Positions 9,181-21,100 of a stretch of DNA of 64,000 bases are shown piece after piece (positions within the stretch are counted from its first letter, which is position 1; each line of letters starts with the position of its first letter). The stretch spans positions 20,467 to 84,466 of IMG/VR virus record IMGVR_UViG_3300023179_000065; one strand, 5' to 3'. The notes under the pieces were generated by a model. That model had not been told where the DNA came from and did not search any database. It saw only the letters and a program-made list of their open reading frames with translations. The DNA is from a virus. Its lineage: Duplodnaviria; Caudoviricetes. Made by a program: the position numbers and the translations under genes.

Positions 9181-9905
9181 TGACAACAGGATTATTAGGA
9201 AAAGAAGGTTTTACTTGGTTTATAGGTGTAGTCGAAGATAGAAACGATCCGCTTAAACTGGGTCGCGTTCGGGTTAGAATTTATAATGTTCACTCTGAAA
9301 ATACATCACTTATAAAAACTACAGAATTGCCATGGGCAAATGTTCTTAATCCTATTAACAGTGCTAGTTTAAAAACTGTAGGTATATCGCCTACAGGCAT
9401 TTTAGTAGGTACTACAGTAGTAGGATTCTTTATGGACGGTAATGACGGTAATAACCCTATTGTTATGGGAACGCTTGCAGGCATTCCAGGTAATAAGCAA
9501 GAGAATCACGATGTGCCTAAAGAGGCAAGAGAAATTAATTCTATTAATAAAGAGCTTACTGGTCCGGAACCAGCTTCTGCATACGGTGCTAAATATCCCT
9601 ATAACAAAGTCATTAGAACTGAGAGAGGGCATGTTATCGAAATAGATGACACCCCGGATAAAGAGCGTATTCATGTGTATCATAAATCAGGCACGTACAC
9701 AGAAGTTAATAGCGTAGGGCGACATGTATCTAAAGTAGTCGATAATGATTTTGATATTGTAGTCAAGAATCGAGAAGTATGGATTGGCGGTAATGTCAAT
9801 GTACGAGTAAAAGGGAATGTTAACATTTTAGTAGACGGCACATACACCGTTGAATCTAAGGGTAACATGAAATTTAAAGCACCTAGAATAGATCTAAACC
9901 CATGA
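9180..9905 (+). CDS. gp5: Baseplate central spike gp5 (OB-fold plus short beta-helix, no lysozyme domain)
   Basis: FTWFIGVVEDRNDPLKLGRVRVRI, LPWA, GTTVVGFFMDG, YPYNKV..TERGHVIEIDDTP..ERIHVYHKSGT. Start moved to ATG 9180 (TAATG overlap). Confidence 0.92.
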   Translation: MTTGLLGKEGFTWFIGVVEDRNDPLKLGRVRVRIYNVHSENTSLIKTTELPWANVLNPINSASLKTVGISPTGILVGTTVVGFFMDGNDGNNPIVMGTLAGIPGNKQENHDVPKEAREINSINKELTGPEPASAYGAKYPYNKVIRTERGHVIEIDDTPDKERIHVYHKSGTYTEVNSVGRHVSKVVDNDFDIVVKNREVWIGGNVNVRVKGNVNILVDGTYTVESKGNMKFKAPRIDLNP

Positions 9906-10114
9906 TAAAAGGCAACTTTGTAATACTTAACGAGGGCAAGATTTTAAGCTTTCAAGATTATAACGATATTCCTTTAGTATTTGATAATCTTATCAGCTTT
10001 GAGCCAGCTACTCCAGAACCGCCTCATACAGATATTGAGCATGGTCAAATGGAGCAATTTCAAACACTGTTTGAAGATCTTTTAAAAAGAGAAAGATATG
10101 CCGGCGGCAACTAG
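9902..10114 (+). CDS. Small conserved hypothetical protein between gp5 and PAAR
   Basis: 70 aa with overlapping start/stop on both sides and a FEPATPEPPHT..EH motif. Confidence 0.65.
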   Translation: MIKGNFVILNEGKILSFQDYNDIPLVFDNLISFEPATPEPPHTDIEHGQMEQFQTLFEDLLKRERYAGGN

Positions 10115-10391
10115 AATAGGTGATGCTGATGTTCCTCATTGCTCTGGTATGACTAGAGCTCAAGGGTCCCCTGACGTATATGTCAACGGTATTAAGTGGA
10201 GCCGCCAAGGTGACAATAATACCGTTCATAAAAAGCCAGGTGGTAGCTCATGCGGCTCTCATGCTGCACCTATTACTACCGGATCAAAATCAGTATTTGT
10301 AAACGGAAAGGGAGCAGGCCGAGTAGGTGACGCTATTACTAGTTGCACCAAAGTAGCAGCTGGTTCGCCTAACGTGTTTGCAGGTGGTTAA
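10098..10391 (+). CDS. PAAR spike-tip protein (gp5.4-like)
   Basis: MPAATRIGD..HC...GSPDVYVNG...R.GD...H...GS..VFVNGK..GRVGD...GSPNVFAGG. Confidence 0.93.
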   Translation: MPAATRIGDADVPHCSGMTRAQGSPDVYVNGIKWSRQGDNNTVHKKPGGSSCGSHAAPITTGSKSVFVNGKGAGRVGDAITSCTKVAAGSPNVFAGG

Positions 10392-10817
10392 ATGGCAGTA
10401 GTTAAGCGTTCTACTCTCAAAGAAACCCAAAAGCAGAATATTTACTATTCTGACTTACAAACTAATCTTGCTATTCATCCTAATAAGAAGGATCTTACTA
10501 GAACCTTTAATGATGATGCGGTAAAGAGAAGTATACGAAATATATTGCTTACCAATAGAGGCGAGAAGCTAATGAACCCTCAATTTGGTAGCGACATAAG
10601 ATCGTTATTATTTGAAAACATGACCCCTGTTACGGAAAGTTTACTTAAGGATTATGTTGCAAATGCTATTAGTAACTACGAGCCAAGAGCAAATGTTATT
10701 GCTATTAATGTTACTGCACTTTATGACTACGATGCTTATGCCATAACTGTTGTTTTTAGTGTAATAAATAAAAAGGAACCAATTACACTAGAGCTGCTTA
10801 TTAACAGGATCCGTTAA
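10392..10817 (+). CDS. gp25: Baseplate wedge subunit gp25
   Basis: AVKRSIRNILLTNRGEKLMNPQFGSDIRSLLFE...ISNYEPRA. Confidence 0.93.
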   Translation: MAVVKRSTLKETQKQNIYYSDLQTNLAIHPNKKDLTRTFNDDAVKRSIRNILLTNRGEKLMNPQFGSDIRSLLFENMTPVTESLLKDYVANAISNYEPRANVIAINVTALYDYDAYAITVVFSVINKKEPITLELLINRIR

Positions 10818-12622
10818 TGTCAAATACAAGTATTAATCTAGTAGGTCTAGATTTTGAGACTATCAAAGGTAATTTAATAGATTATCTTAAAAGATCAGAT
10901 TCGCCCTTTAAAGATGTTAATTTTGAAGGCTCGAATATCTCTCAGCTCTTAGATGTGCTTTCATACAACACATATTTAAATTCCTACTATCTTAACATGG
11001 TAGGCAGTGAGATGTTTTTGGATTCAGCTCAGCTTAGAGAGAGCATCGTATCACATGCTAAAGAGCTAAATTACGTTCCTCGATCATTTACATCATCCTC
11101 AGCACACGTATCATTTAACATATACCCGTCTACGCCGCTTAATTCTATCTTAGTACCTAAGGGCACAACATTTACTACTAAACTAGGTAGTAACAGCTAT
11201 ACCTTTAGTACTGGAGAGAATCTAATCTTCAATTCTAGTTCTAACGGCGTTATTGTTATAGATGATTTAGAAATTTTTGAGGGTAATTACCTTACAGACA
11301 CTTTTGTATTTGATTCCACTAATACAGCTCAACGTTTTGTGCTATCTAATCCTACTGTTGATACTAGAAGTATTAGTGTATTAGTTCTAGAAAATAGCGG
11401 CGCTAACACCTACACCTATAACAGAGCAACGTCATTCTTAGGGGTAAATGCTAATACTAAATGTTACTTCCTACAAGCAGCCGAAAATTATCAATATGAA
11501 ATACTTTTCGGGGACAATGTCATAGGAAGAAAGCCACTTAACGGGGCAACAGTTCTAGTTGAATATCGAGTATGTAATGGTGAATTGCCGAACGGATCAT
11601 CAGCGTTTTTCTTAGACGGACCAATTCAGTCTCAGACTAATGTAAGTCCTATTGCTGTTATATCAGCTGCATCAGGTGGTAGCGTAAATGAATCTGATGA
11701 TTCTATTAAGTATAATGCCCCACGTGCATACCAAAATCAAGAACGCGCAGTAACTACTAGTGACTACGAGAATCTTCTACTACAAAACTTCCCAGAAATA
11801 CAAGCTATTTCAGCTTATGGCGGAGATACAGTTTCACCACCTCAATATGGTAAGGTCTTTATTTCTGTGGATGTGGTAGGCTCAGAAGGTACTCCAGAAT
11901 TAACCAAAAGAAAATTCTACAACTTTATAAAGTCTAGATCACCTCTTTCGATTGACCCGGTTATAGTTGAGCCTGAATTTTTGTATGTAGAAGTTGCTTC
12001 CAACGTACAATACAATATTAATATTACATCTTTAAAAGATAACGATATAAAGTCCTTGGTTGCCTTAAGCATTAGTAATTTTAATCAAACCTATTTACAG
12101 AACTTTAAGAGCACTTTAAGATTTAGTAAATTTTTAAAGGTTATTGATGATACACATCCAAGCATTTTAAGTAATGAGACTACAGTTGTTCCATTCAAGT
12201 CTTTACAGCCTATACGTGGAGCTGAATATACAACAACTATATCTTTTGGATACGCAATTACTAATAATATAATACAGGACATACCAGGAACCACCACACG
12301 CCCATTCAATGCAGTGCATAATATTAGATCTAGCGTCTTTAGAAAAAATAATGCAGATTATTTCTTAGAAGATGACGGGCAAGGTAATTTGTATACTATT
12401 ACCCTACAAGGTAGCGATCATAAAAAGATTGCTAAGATAGGTACTGTTAATTATACTAGCGGCACTGTAAATATTTCTAATCTTATAATTGATGATTATA
12501 CAGGGTCGGAAATTAAACTATACGCAACACCCGTACATAAAGATATTAATTCAGACAAAAATGTTATACTTCTAATCAGAGATGAAGATGTAACTGTAAC
12601 CGTTAGCCCGGTAAGAATCTAA
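10817..12622 (+). CDS. gp6: Baseplate wedge subunit gp6
   Basis: LDFETIKGNL, FEGSNISQLLDVLSYNTY, EMFLDSAQLRESIVSHAKELNYVPRS, FGDNVIG, QERAVTTSDY and PPQYGKVFIS. Confidence 0.95.
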   Translation: MSNTSINLVGLDFETIKGNLIDYLKRSDSPFKDVNFEGSNISQLLDVLSYNTYLNSYYLNMVGSEMFLDSAQLRESIVSHAKELNYVPRSFTSSSAHVSFNIYPSTPLNSILVPKGTTFTTKLGSNSYTFSTGENLIFNSSSNGVIVIDDLEIFEGNYLTDTFVFDSTNTAQRFVLSNPTVDTRSISVLVLENSGANTYTYNRATSFLGVNANTKCYFLQAAENYQYEILFGDNVIGRKPLNGATVLVEYRVCNGELPNGSSAFFLDGPIQSQTNVSPIAVISAASGGSVNESDDSIKYNAPRAYQNQERAVTTSDYENLLLQNFPEIQAISAYGGDTVSPPQYGKVFISVDVVGSEGTPELTKRKFYNFIKSRSPLSIDPVIVEPEFLYVEVASNVQYNINITSLKDNDIKSLVALSISNFNQTYLQNFKSTLRFSKFLKVIDDTHPSILSNETTVVPFKSLQPIRGAEYTTTISFGYAITNNIIQDIPGTTTRPFNAVHNIRSSVFRKNNADYFLEDDGQGNLYTITLQGSDHKKIAKIGTVNYTSGTVNISNLIIDDYTGSEIKLYATPVHKDINSDKNVILLIRDEDVTVTVSPVRI

Positions 12623-15600
12623 TGTATAATGTAGAACAAAGTATTTCTAATTTTGTAGAAAGCCAGTTTCCTGACTTTTATAAAGAAGAAGGGCCACTAT
12701 TCGTTTTATTTGCTAAAGAATATTATAAGTGGCTAGAACAAAATTATGTTTATATTAGATTATCTAATCCAGAGAATTTTAATGTAGGAAATAATGTTTA
12801 TCAATCGCCTGCATCCGGTGTTATAGAGAGTATAGATTCTAGTAATATACTAGTAAGAGTAACAAGCGACGGGTTTAGATGTACAAGTCAGTGTCTCAAT
12901 AGCATTGAGCTTATTACTAGCGACGCGGGGGGTAGCTCCTATATCAGAGAAATAACTAGTACGAATCCTATCTACAATGCAAGAAAATTGTTTTCTTATA
13001 GAGATGTTGATTCAACCACGGAACGTTTTTTAGTTTACTTTAAAGAAAAGTACCTAAAGGGTATTCAATTTGATACTTATACAGCTAAAAAGACTTTAAT
13101 AAAAGCTGCCCAGGATCTGTATAGCTCAAAAGGCACGGAAAGATCTATAGATCTGCTATTTAAACTAGTGTTTGGAGTAGGAGCTACTACTTATTATCCA
13201 GGTGATGATATACTTAAGCCCTCGTCTGGTAGATGGGTAATTCCAAACTATTTGGAGATAACTGAATCCCCTAGAACTATTAGTTTTATTGGTAGAGAAA
13301 TTATAGGGTCGGTTTCAGGGGCCAGAGGATATTGTGAATATATCGTTAAGAGAAATATTAAAGGCAAGATAATTGACGTTCTTTATTTAAGTAACGTAAG
13401 GGGTACATTTGTAGCCGGTGATTCAATAATTGAATACGCAAATCAAATTCTTAAAGATGCGCCTGTAGTAGTAGGCTCACTTACAACGGTTGATATTACA
13501 ACAGGCGGTGCAGGGTTTGCAGTGGGTGAACAGGTAGAGATTGTATCGAGCAAAGGCGTTGAAGGAAAGGCTATTGTAACTGGTATAGAAACTCAAACCG
13601 GTTTAGTAAAATTCACTCTTGTAAATGGAGGTTGGGGATACAGTAATAATTCCCTTATCGTAGCCCGCAAGATGCTAAAAGTTCTTAACAGAACTAATTC
13701 AAATACAAGCATAACAGATTTTCAAAGATTTGAAAAAGTAAAGCAGGATCTATGGGATATCACGTTAAATAATTTAACAGGTAATAGTACAACATTATCG
13801 GTAAGTGACGTGCTAGGAGGTATAGCTATAAATCAAGCTAACTCCACAGCATTAATATGCGATATATTAACTGTACCTGCTAATAATATTGGTACTTTCT
13901 TAGTAAGTAAAGTATCAGGCAATATTAACGCCAATAGCTTTATAAGATTAGCCAACGTTTCTTTTATAACTGCTATAAGTAACACTTCGTCTACTGCTGA
14001 ATTTACGATAGGCGATGTTATGCAGCAATCTAATGGCAGCGCAAATGTTACTACTGGTGTAATAAGTCAAATAACTAGTACTAAAACTCTTACAGTCAAT
14101 ACTTCTTCTATTACCGGCAACGGTATTCATGTCGGGTGGTATGCTAAGCAAGCCACCACAAACGCTGCAGGTCTAGTAATGGCCTTGCCGTGGAGCTCTT
14201 TAGGCAGTTACAACACGGTTCCAAAAGTGGTATTGTCAGATACAACTGGCACATTTAATACTACCAATATAATCTCATTGTATAGTGATGCTGCATACAC
14301 CAATTTGCAATCCGAGTTTTATACTACGGGCATAGCAAACACAAACACATATAAACTAATATCAGTTAATGGTGCACGGTTTTACCCTGGAAATACCATT
14401 TATGGAACAGTATCTCCCGAAATAAGCACTATCTTGGTTGCATCTGACGCCGGTGGTATTCTTTCTAGCTACACCGATGTGTCAGCAACTGCTAATGTTA
14501 TTTCAGTAGGCTCTGAATATATTGGTTTAATTAATGTAGTTAATGCTTTTGATGATACACCCAATAATAGAATAGTGGGGCTTACTTCTAACACATACGG
14601 CGAAATAACTCTTCTTTCAACAGGACAGGGTGCAAATGCGAGTATAGGTTCACTAGTTGATACTGAAACAGTTAGAATATGTTTAGATTTTCTAGCCGCT
14701 AATAATGACGGCAGTGTATCTGATTCTATAGAGTTCCCTAGCATGACATTAAATGGGGTAAATTCAACCTATGGTTATATCAGCTCATTAACTATAGACA
14801 ATCCAGGCTCAGGTTACGATAATACTAATATAGTTGTGTTCAGCGGTGGAAATTCAGGTATAGGTTCTTTTAGTGCCGCTAATGCTACTATTAATACTGA
14901 TAGTACAGGCAGGATAATAAAATTAAATCTTTCTGCTAACGTTGGTAGTAAATATGTTACCACACCTACTGTTTCTGTAGTTAATAGTACTGGTGGCTCA
15001 ACCGGTGTTGGAACTAACGCGTCTATTATCCCAGCATTTCCTCTAGGCTTCTTTAAACTTCCTGCAGGGGATATGAATGTACCTCTGCTACAACTATTAA
15101 GATTCAACAACCGAATTGTAGGGGAAATTGCATCACTTTCAAATATCAATCCAGGTGAAAATTACAATGTTGCACCTTCTGTTATTGGTTATGAATATGG
15201 AATTGCTGAACTAGATTCTAAGGATTACATCATAGCAATTAGCAACTTGAACGGTCCTCCTTTTGTAGTTAATGAAACAATCACACAAACATCGCAAGTA
15301 CCGTCGACTATACTATCTTGCAATGCACTATCCGGAAATACTACACTAGAAGTTAATCATATACTTACACAAAGTAATGGCGCTGCTATTATTGCATCAG
15401 GTGAAGTTTATAGTTACTCTACTAATGCCATTTCTAATTCAGTAACTATTACTGTAGTTAACTTAGACGGCACATTTAATACAAGCTATAATATTGCTGA
15501 CACTCAAACAGGAGGAGTCTTTCAATTAAATACTAAGACAACCTCTACTTTAGGACAGATAGCAAAAGGAAAAATAAAAACTTCCAACTCTACTGTCATA

Positions 15601-16131
15601 ACTGTAAGCCGTAGATCCTTGTTTAATAATTTTGTTCCTAGTGCTTCTAACAATCTGATAGGACAGGTTACTTTATCTAACTGTTCCATTGTAAGTGTAA
15701 CTCCAGACACACTTTCAACTGCAGCAGGAGATAATGCAGTTGTTACATCAAACGTTGTGTATCAAGCAGGCTCATTGACTAGTATACAAGTGATAGACTC
15801 AGGTTTTGGGTATGAGCAGGATGAAGGAGTTTCTATGACTTCTGCCGCTGGGGAAACTGCTACCGGTAAGAGCAATGTCACTAGATACGGTATAGGTTCC
15901 GGATATTATGCATCTAAGGATGGGTTTCTAAGTGATGTTAAAAAGATTCATGACGGGGAATACTATCAAGAGTATTCTTATGAAGTACAGAGCCCTATCC
16001 CGCTAGATAAGTATACTAACATCCTTAGAGAAATTCTGCATGTTGCGGGTACTAAGCTTTTTGGTAAAGTAAAACTTAGCAGCACAGTTAACAATAATAT
16101 TATATCAACTTCTAGCATAACCATATTATAA
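12622..16131 (+). CDS. gp7: Baseplate wedge initiator (gp7-like)
   Basis: QFPDFYKEEGPLFVLFAKEYYKWLE, LYSSKGTERSIDLLFKLVFG and C-terminal IHDGEYYQEYSYEV...LHVAGTKLFG; lies between gp6 and gp8. Confidence 0.8.
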   Translation: MYNVEQSISNFVESQFPDFYKEEGPLFVLFAKEYYKWLEQNYVYIRLSNPENFNVGNNVYQSPASGVIESIDSSNILVRVTSDGFRCTSQCLNSIELITSDAGGSSYIREITSTNPIYNARKLFSYRDVDSTTERFLVYFKEKYLKGIQFDTYTAKKTLIKAAQDLYSSKGTERSIDLLFKLVFGVGATTYYPGDDILKPSSGRWVIPNYLEITESPRTISFIGREIIGSVSGARGYCEYIVKRNIKGKIIDVLYLSNVRGTFVAGDSIIEYANQILKDAPVVVGSLTTVDITTGGAGFAVGEQVEIVSSKGVEGKAIVTGIETQTGLVKFTLVNGGWGYSNNSLIVARKMLKVLNRTNSNTSITDFQRFEKVKQDLWDITLNNLTGNSTTLSVSDVLGGIAINQANSTALICDILTVPANNIGTFLVSKVSGNINANSFIRLANVSFITAISNTSSTAEFTIGDVMQQSNGSANVTTGVISQITSTKTLTVNTSSITGNGIHVGWYAKQATTNAAGLVMALPWSSLGSYNTVPKVVLSDTTGTFNTTNIISLYSDAAYTNLQSEFYTTGIANTNTYKLISVNGARFYPGNTIYGTVSPEISTILVASDAGGILSSYTDVSATANVISVGSEYIGLINVVNAFDDTPNNRIVGLTSNTYGEITLLSTGQGANASIGSLVDTETVRICLDFLAANNDGSVSDSIEFPSMTLNGVNSTYGYISSLTIDNPGSGYDNTNIVVFSGGNSGIGSFSAANATINTDSTGRIIKLNLSANVGSKYVTTPTVSVVNSTGGSTGVGTNASIIPAFPLGFFKLPAGDMNVPLLQLLRFNNRIVGEIASLSNINPGENYNVAPSVIGYEYGIAELDSKDYIIAISNLNGPPFVVNETITQTSQVPSTILSCNALSGNTTLEVNHILTQSNGAAIIASGEVYSYSTNAISNSVTITVVNLDGTFNTSYNIADTQTGGVFQLNTKTTSTLGQIAKGKIKTSNSTVITVSRRSLFNNFVPSASNNLIGQVTLSNCSIVSVTPDTLSTAAGDNAVVTSNVVYQAGSLTSIQVIDSGFGYEQDEGVSMTSAAGETATGKSNVTRYGIGSGYYASKDGFLSDVKKIHDGEYYQEYSYEVQSPIPLDKYTNILREILHVAGTKLFGKVKLSSTVNNNIISTSSITIL

Positions 16132-18146
16132 TGTCAAGATTAGTAACTAGTTATTTTAAAAATCATATCGCAGCTCAGATATCAGAATCTTTTATCGAGC
16201 CTGCTAATAACGTATATTATATGTTGGCTTCTAGACATATGCCTTACCCTCAAGGCGATGATAATATATTAAATGCGAACAATAGCACTAAAGCTGTCTT
16301 CATAGAGCCTTACGAGCAAGGAATATTTGCTAAAAAAATTCAAGCTACAGATACCGCGCGCATGGCTCATAGATACGACTGGGTATCTAATACAATATAT
16401 GATAGCTATGATAGTGATGCTGACTTAACCAACAAACAATTCTATGTAAGCACTACCGATGGTTCGACTTATTTTATATACAAATGCTTAGATAATAATG
16501 GTAACACAGCATCAACATATAGCCCAGCAGACACAGTAGAAAGTGCTTGTAGCTTTTCTACTAGTGACGGGTATGTTTGGAAGCTTATGTATAAAATGGC
16601 AAACAATGATTTTCTAAAGTTCGCTTCTGACGATTATATGCCAGTAGTTACTAGTGCCAACGTTGCAGGAAATACTGTACCAGGGGCTATCGACGTTATT
16701 AGAGTTACTAATGCCGGGTCAGACTATATCTCTACATTTACCGGAACGTTTAACATTGATGATTTAAGAGATTCAATTCCTACGATTATAGGGAGCAGTA
16801 CTACCTATAGACTTGCAAATACCGCATCTGCTAATGCTAACTTCTACATTAACAGTGCAATGTATATTACTGGTGGCGCAGGTATGGGCGGTCTAAGAAA
16901 AATAACTGAATATGACCATGTTAATAAAGTAGTAGTGGTAGAAACACCTTTCAGCACTCAACCTTCTGCAGGATCCACGTATTTAATTGCTCCTAATGTT
17001 GTTGTTGCTGGAGACGGTACGGCAAATGTTACAGGGTATGCTACAGTTTCTTCTAACGCTACTGTAAATAACTTTATTAGCAAGATTAATATAGTAGAAA
17101 GAGGTGCCGGGTTTACATATGGCACAGCTGAGGTTCAAGGCAATACTGGCGGCGTATCTAATAGCGCCGTATTAAAGGTTATTATACCACCACAAGGCGG
17201 TCATGGGGCAGATGCAGAGAATGAACTTGGTGCAACTAGTTTTGGTATAGGAATTGAGTTTACCGGGGATGAAAACGGTTATGTCACAACTCAAAATGAT
17301 TATAGATCCATCTACATTCTTAAAGACCCATTGCTTAATAATGTAACACTAGAACTTGCTAATAATGTAGGAACGTTCCTAGGCACAGAAGAAATTGTAC
17401 AAGTAAGCTATAAGACCCTTGCTGGTATTGCCGTGGTAGATACGACTAATAGCACTATCACAGGTATTTCTACAGAATTTAATAGCGCGTTAAAGATAGG
17501 AGATGAGGTTATCATATACGATACAGTTAACAATACAAGATGTTTGAGAACTGTAGAGTCTATTGCTAATTCTACTTCCGTTACTTTAAGTAGCGCCCCT
17601 ACATTTAACTCTACTATTGCAAGCGTACAATTCATAGAGCGTATTAGTACAGGTACTAGAGCAGGCGGCTCATTACCCTACCTAAATATGAATAGTGTTG
17701 AGCCAAAATTTCAGATCGGTAAGAATGTAATAGGAGTAGTATCAGGAGCATGGGGTAATGTTTCAGCAATAACTATTAACGATGTGGAATATAATAATTT
17801 TAATACACTAGATAATAGAACTCGCGTACCTTACGATAGTATAGTTGGAACATTAAACGAAGATGCAGAAGTTTATCAAGTTGATCTCTCAGTTGCTAAC
17901 GCCTACATTCACTCTACTAACAATACTTACCTATTCCTGACTAGTGAAAGAGGGGTTATAAATCCTGATTTGATAGATACGATCAAGGTAGTAGATAGTA
18001 ATACAACAATTATACCAGGAACAGGCACTAGATACTCACCAGATATTGTTAAAGGTAGCGGCAATATATTATACGTTGAGAACCTAGACCCTATTGCAAG
18101 AGACGACGAACAGTCCGAAGCAGTCAGAGTTATATTGAATTTTTAA
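16131..18146 (+). CDS. gp8: Baseplate wedge subunit gp8
   Basis: RYDWVSNTIYD.Y, YKCLDNN, DGYVWKLMY, PQGGHG.D...ELGA and C-terminal SGNILYVENLDPIARDDEQSEAVRVILNF. Confidence 0.88.
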   Translation: MSRLVTSYFKNHIAAQISESFIEPANNVYYMLASRHMPYPQGDDNILNANNSTKAVFIEPYEQGIFAKKIQATDTARMAHRYDWVSNTIYDSYDSDADLTNKQFYVSTTDGSTYFIYKCLDNNGNTASTYSPADTVESACSFSTSDGYVWKLMYKMANNDFLKFASDDYMPVVTSANVAGNTVPGAIDVIRVTNAGSDYISTFTGTFNIDDLRDSIPTIIGSSTTYRLANTASANANFYINSAMYITGGAGMGGLRKITEYDHVNKVVVVETPFSTQPSAGSTYLIAPNVVVAGDGTANVTGYATVSSNATVNNFISKINIVERGAGFTYGTAEVQGNTGGVSNSAVLKVIIPPQGGHGADAENELGATSFGIGIEFTGDENGYVTTQNDYRSIYILKDPLLNNVTLELANNVGTFLGTEEIVQVSYKTLAGIAVVDTTNSTITGISTEFNSALKIGDEVIIYDTVNNTRCLRTVESIANSTSVTLSSAPTFNSTIASVQFIERISTGTRAGGSLPYLNMNSVEPKFQIGKNVIGVVSGAWGNVSAITINDVEYNNFNTLDNRTRVPYDSIVGTLNEDAEVYQVDLSVANAYIHSTNNTYLFLTSERGVINPDLIDTIKVVDSNTTIIPGTGTRYSPDIVKGSGNILYVENLDPIARDDEQSEAVRVILNF

Positions 18147-18155
18147 GAGGGAAGT

Positions 18156-21100
18156 ATGTCTATAGAGACTAATTTAAACGTTGCTCCTTATTTTGATGAC
18201 TATACTGAAAACAGTAACTACTACAAGATATTGTTTAGACCAGGTGTGTCAGTCCAGGCTCGCGAGCTTACTCAAATTCAGGACATACTACAAACCCAAG
18301 TAGAAAGATTCGGTAATCACGTTTTTAAAAGTGGCACCATAGTAAGTGGGGTTAACTTTCAGTTTTATCCGGCTTATAGTTATGTAAAGCTTCTGGATAA
18401 TCAAGCAGATGGACAGCCTGCTATACCTACAGAATATGTAAACTACTATGCTAAGAACGCAGCGAACGTTCAAGCAAAAATTATTAATGCTAAACAAGGC
18501 TTGCAATCTACAGACCCAGATACAAATTATTTGTATTTAAACTATATTAATTCAGGTGACTCTGCGTTAGAGACTAGTTTTGCTAATAGCGACGTGCTCA
18601 CAATTTTTAGCAAGAATTATGAAATATTTGACTTTAATGTCGTAAATGGTGGTACCTCATTCTCAAACTCTGATACAGTTCAGATTACTAGTGCTTTATT
18701 AGTAAGCAATAGTTCTATTGACCCAAATGCCGGCATATCTCAGGTAAATGGCACAACTGTAGCTAATGTATATGTTTATGAAGCTAATAATAATTTTAGT
18801 ATTACTCTTAATAATGTAACTTACACTAGCAATGACGGATACACTATTCTTAAAATTAAACCCCATACAAACGATCTAGCTAATAGCTCGGTTGGTGCAG
18901 AAAAGTGGACAATTACAAATGAAGGTTTCGTAGTACAGGGATCAAATAGCGCATATGTTGTCAGCCTAGTAGGTACAGGTGCGTCTGCAGTACTTACTAC
19001 TGACTCATCGGGAGTTATTACAGATGTGTCTCTAACAAACCCTGGAACTAACTATATTGAAGCTCCTTATGTAACAGTAAGAAGTAGCACTGGTACCTTT
19101 AACAATCTAGAAATTACACCTCAGATGTTTAAGGCACAAGTGCTTGTTGCTGACTCGTCATACTCTGGTGGCAATTCCACTCCAGTTGGTAACGCATATG
19201 CATTTGGGGTTACAGAGGGTATAATTTATCAGAAGGGCTTCTTCTTAGGGGTCAATTCACAGATCACGGTAGTTAACTCATATTCTACCAATGTTAATAG
19301 CGTGTCTGTTGGGTTTATTACTCAAGAGGCTATAGTTAATACAAATGTGGATTCCACCCTATTAGACAATGCCACAGGCACTCCAAACTTTGCCGCGCCT
19401 GGTGCAAATAGATTAAAGTTTATTCCTACTCTATCTGTAGTTGCTACTGCCAATGCTGAATCAAATAATACATTCTTTCCGCTAGTAGAATTTAGAGAAG
19501 GACAGCCTTACAAGCAATACAAGAATACTCTCTATAATATTCTATCAAAAGAATTTGAAAGAAGAACAACAGAAACTAGCGGTAACTTTGTAGTTGATCC
19601 TTTTATTGTTTCTACAAAAGATCAAACAACATGGAGCAACTCTTACTTTAATGCAGTATCAGATCCAGGTATTCTTTATATCGATGGTGTAAGAGTAGAC
19701 ACTCAACGCAATACGTTTGTGCCAGTTAGACGCTCAAATGACACTTATATATTAGAAGATCAGATTACCAGTATCAATTATGGTAGCTATGTTCTTGTAA
19801 AAGAGCTAGCAGGGTTTGTAGACACCGACGCGGCACCAGAGGTTTCTATCTATGGCGTACCATATCAGTATTATACAAAAAACAAGAGTAGTATATCATT
19901 TACTGATACTGTAATAGGTACGGCTAAGGTTAGATCGATTGTCTATGATTCAGGTACTCCTGGCACCTCATCTGCAAACTATAGAATGTACCTATTTGAT
20001 GTGTCCATGAGACAAGGGTACAGTTTTAGTCAAGCTAGATCAATTTATTATAATGGGGTTAGTTACGATGGTGTAGCAGATCTAGTCTTAGAGAGAAATA
20101 ACCTAAACAAAGAAATAGCAGTTCTTAAGGATCCAAAGAATAGTTCGTTACTGTTTGATCTATCTGTAGAGGGTGTTAAGTCAGTTAATTCGGTCACATA
20201 TGGATATAGATCTGCAGTTTCGTCTGCTAATATTAGTTCTAACGGCGTTGCATCTCTCACCATAAGCGACCAATTTATCTACGGTAATAATGCAACTCTT
20301 AGCGCGAATCAACGCAAGGAAGTAATCCTTGTACCTCTTGCCAATGCAATTTCTACTAATACTGCAACAGTAGAGTTGACTAGAAACAATAAGTTTGTAA
20401 TTGGTGATTTATTAGACACATACTTTAAACCAGGTGACAGTGTTTATCTAGAAAATTCGGCTAATGATAGTATATACTTGTACAGCTCGGTTGCATCAGT
20501 TTCTAATAATACCTACATGGTACTTAATGATGCATGGCCGTTTGATTCCAATACATCTATTAATGTAAGTAGATATTTGCCCGGCAACGTCCCAGTTCCT
20601 CTAGACGATACGCGTGTAAGTGTTAACACAAACAGCACAGGTACTACTCTCTACGTTAATCTTAATGGGGTATCTCCTAACACATTCAGTCTCTCTTCCT
20701 CTGTACCAGCGGCTATCACATATAATGCTATCAAGACAAACTTTCAAAAGCTAGCCAAGCTAGTAAGTAGAAATAACTATGTTAAGATTTGCTTGGCAAA
20801 TAACGTTGCAACAACTAAGGGGCCATGGTGTTTAGGTATACCGGACGCTTTTAGATTAAACAGAGTCTTTATTGCAAATTCAAGCACCGTTAATACTAAC
20901 AGTACAGTAATTACAGATAACTTCTATATTGATAATGGTCAAACATCTGACTACTACGGTCACGCCCATCTAGCTAAGAGAAACTCTATAGCTCGAAATC
21001 TTAGCGAAGATCAATGGCTGCTAGTAGAGTTTGATGCATTCTATCTAGGGACTCCATCAGCTGCTGGCTTCTTTAGCGTGTTAAGCTATCCATTAAACTC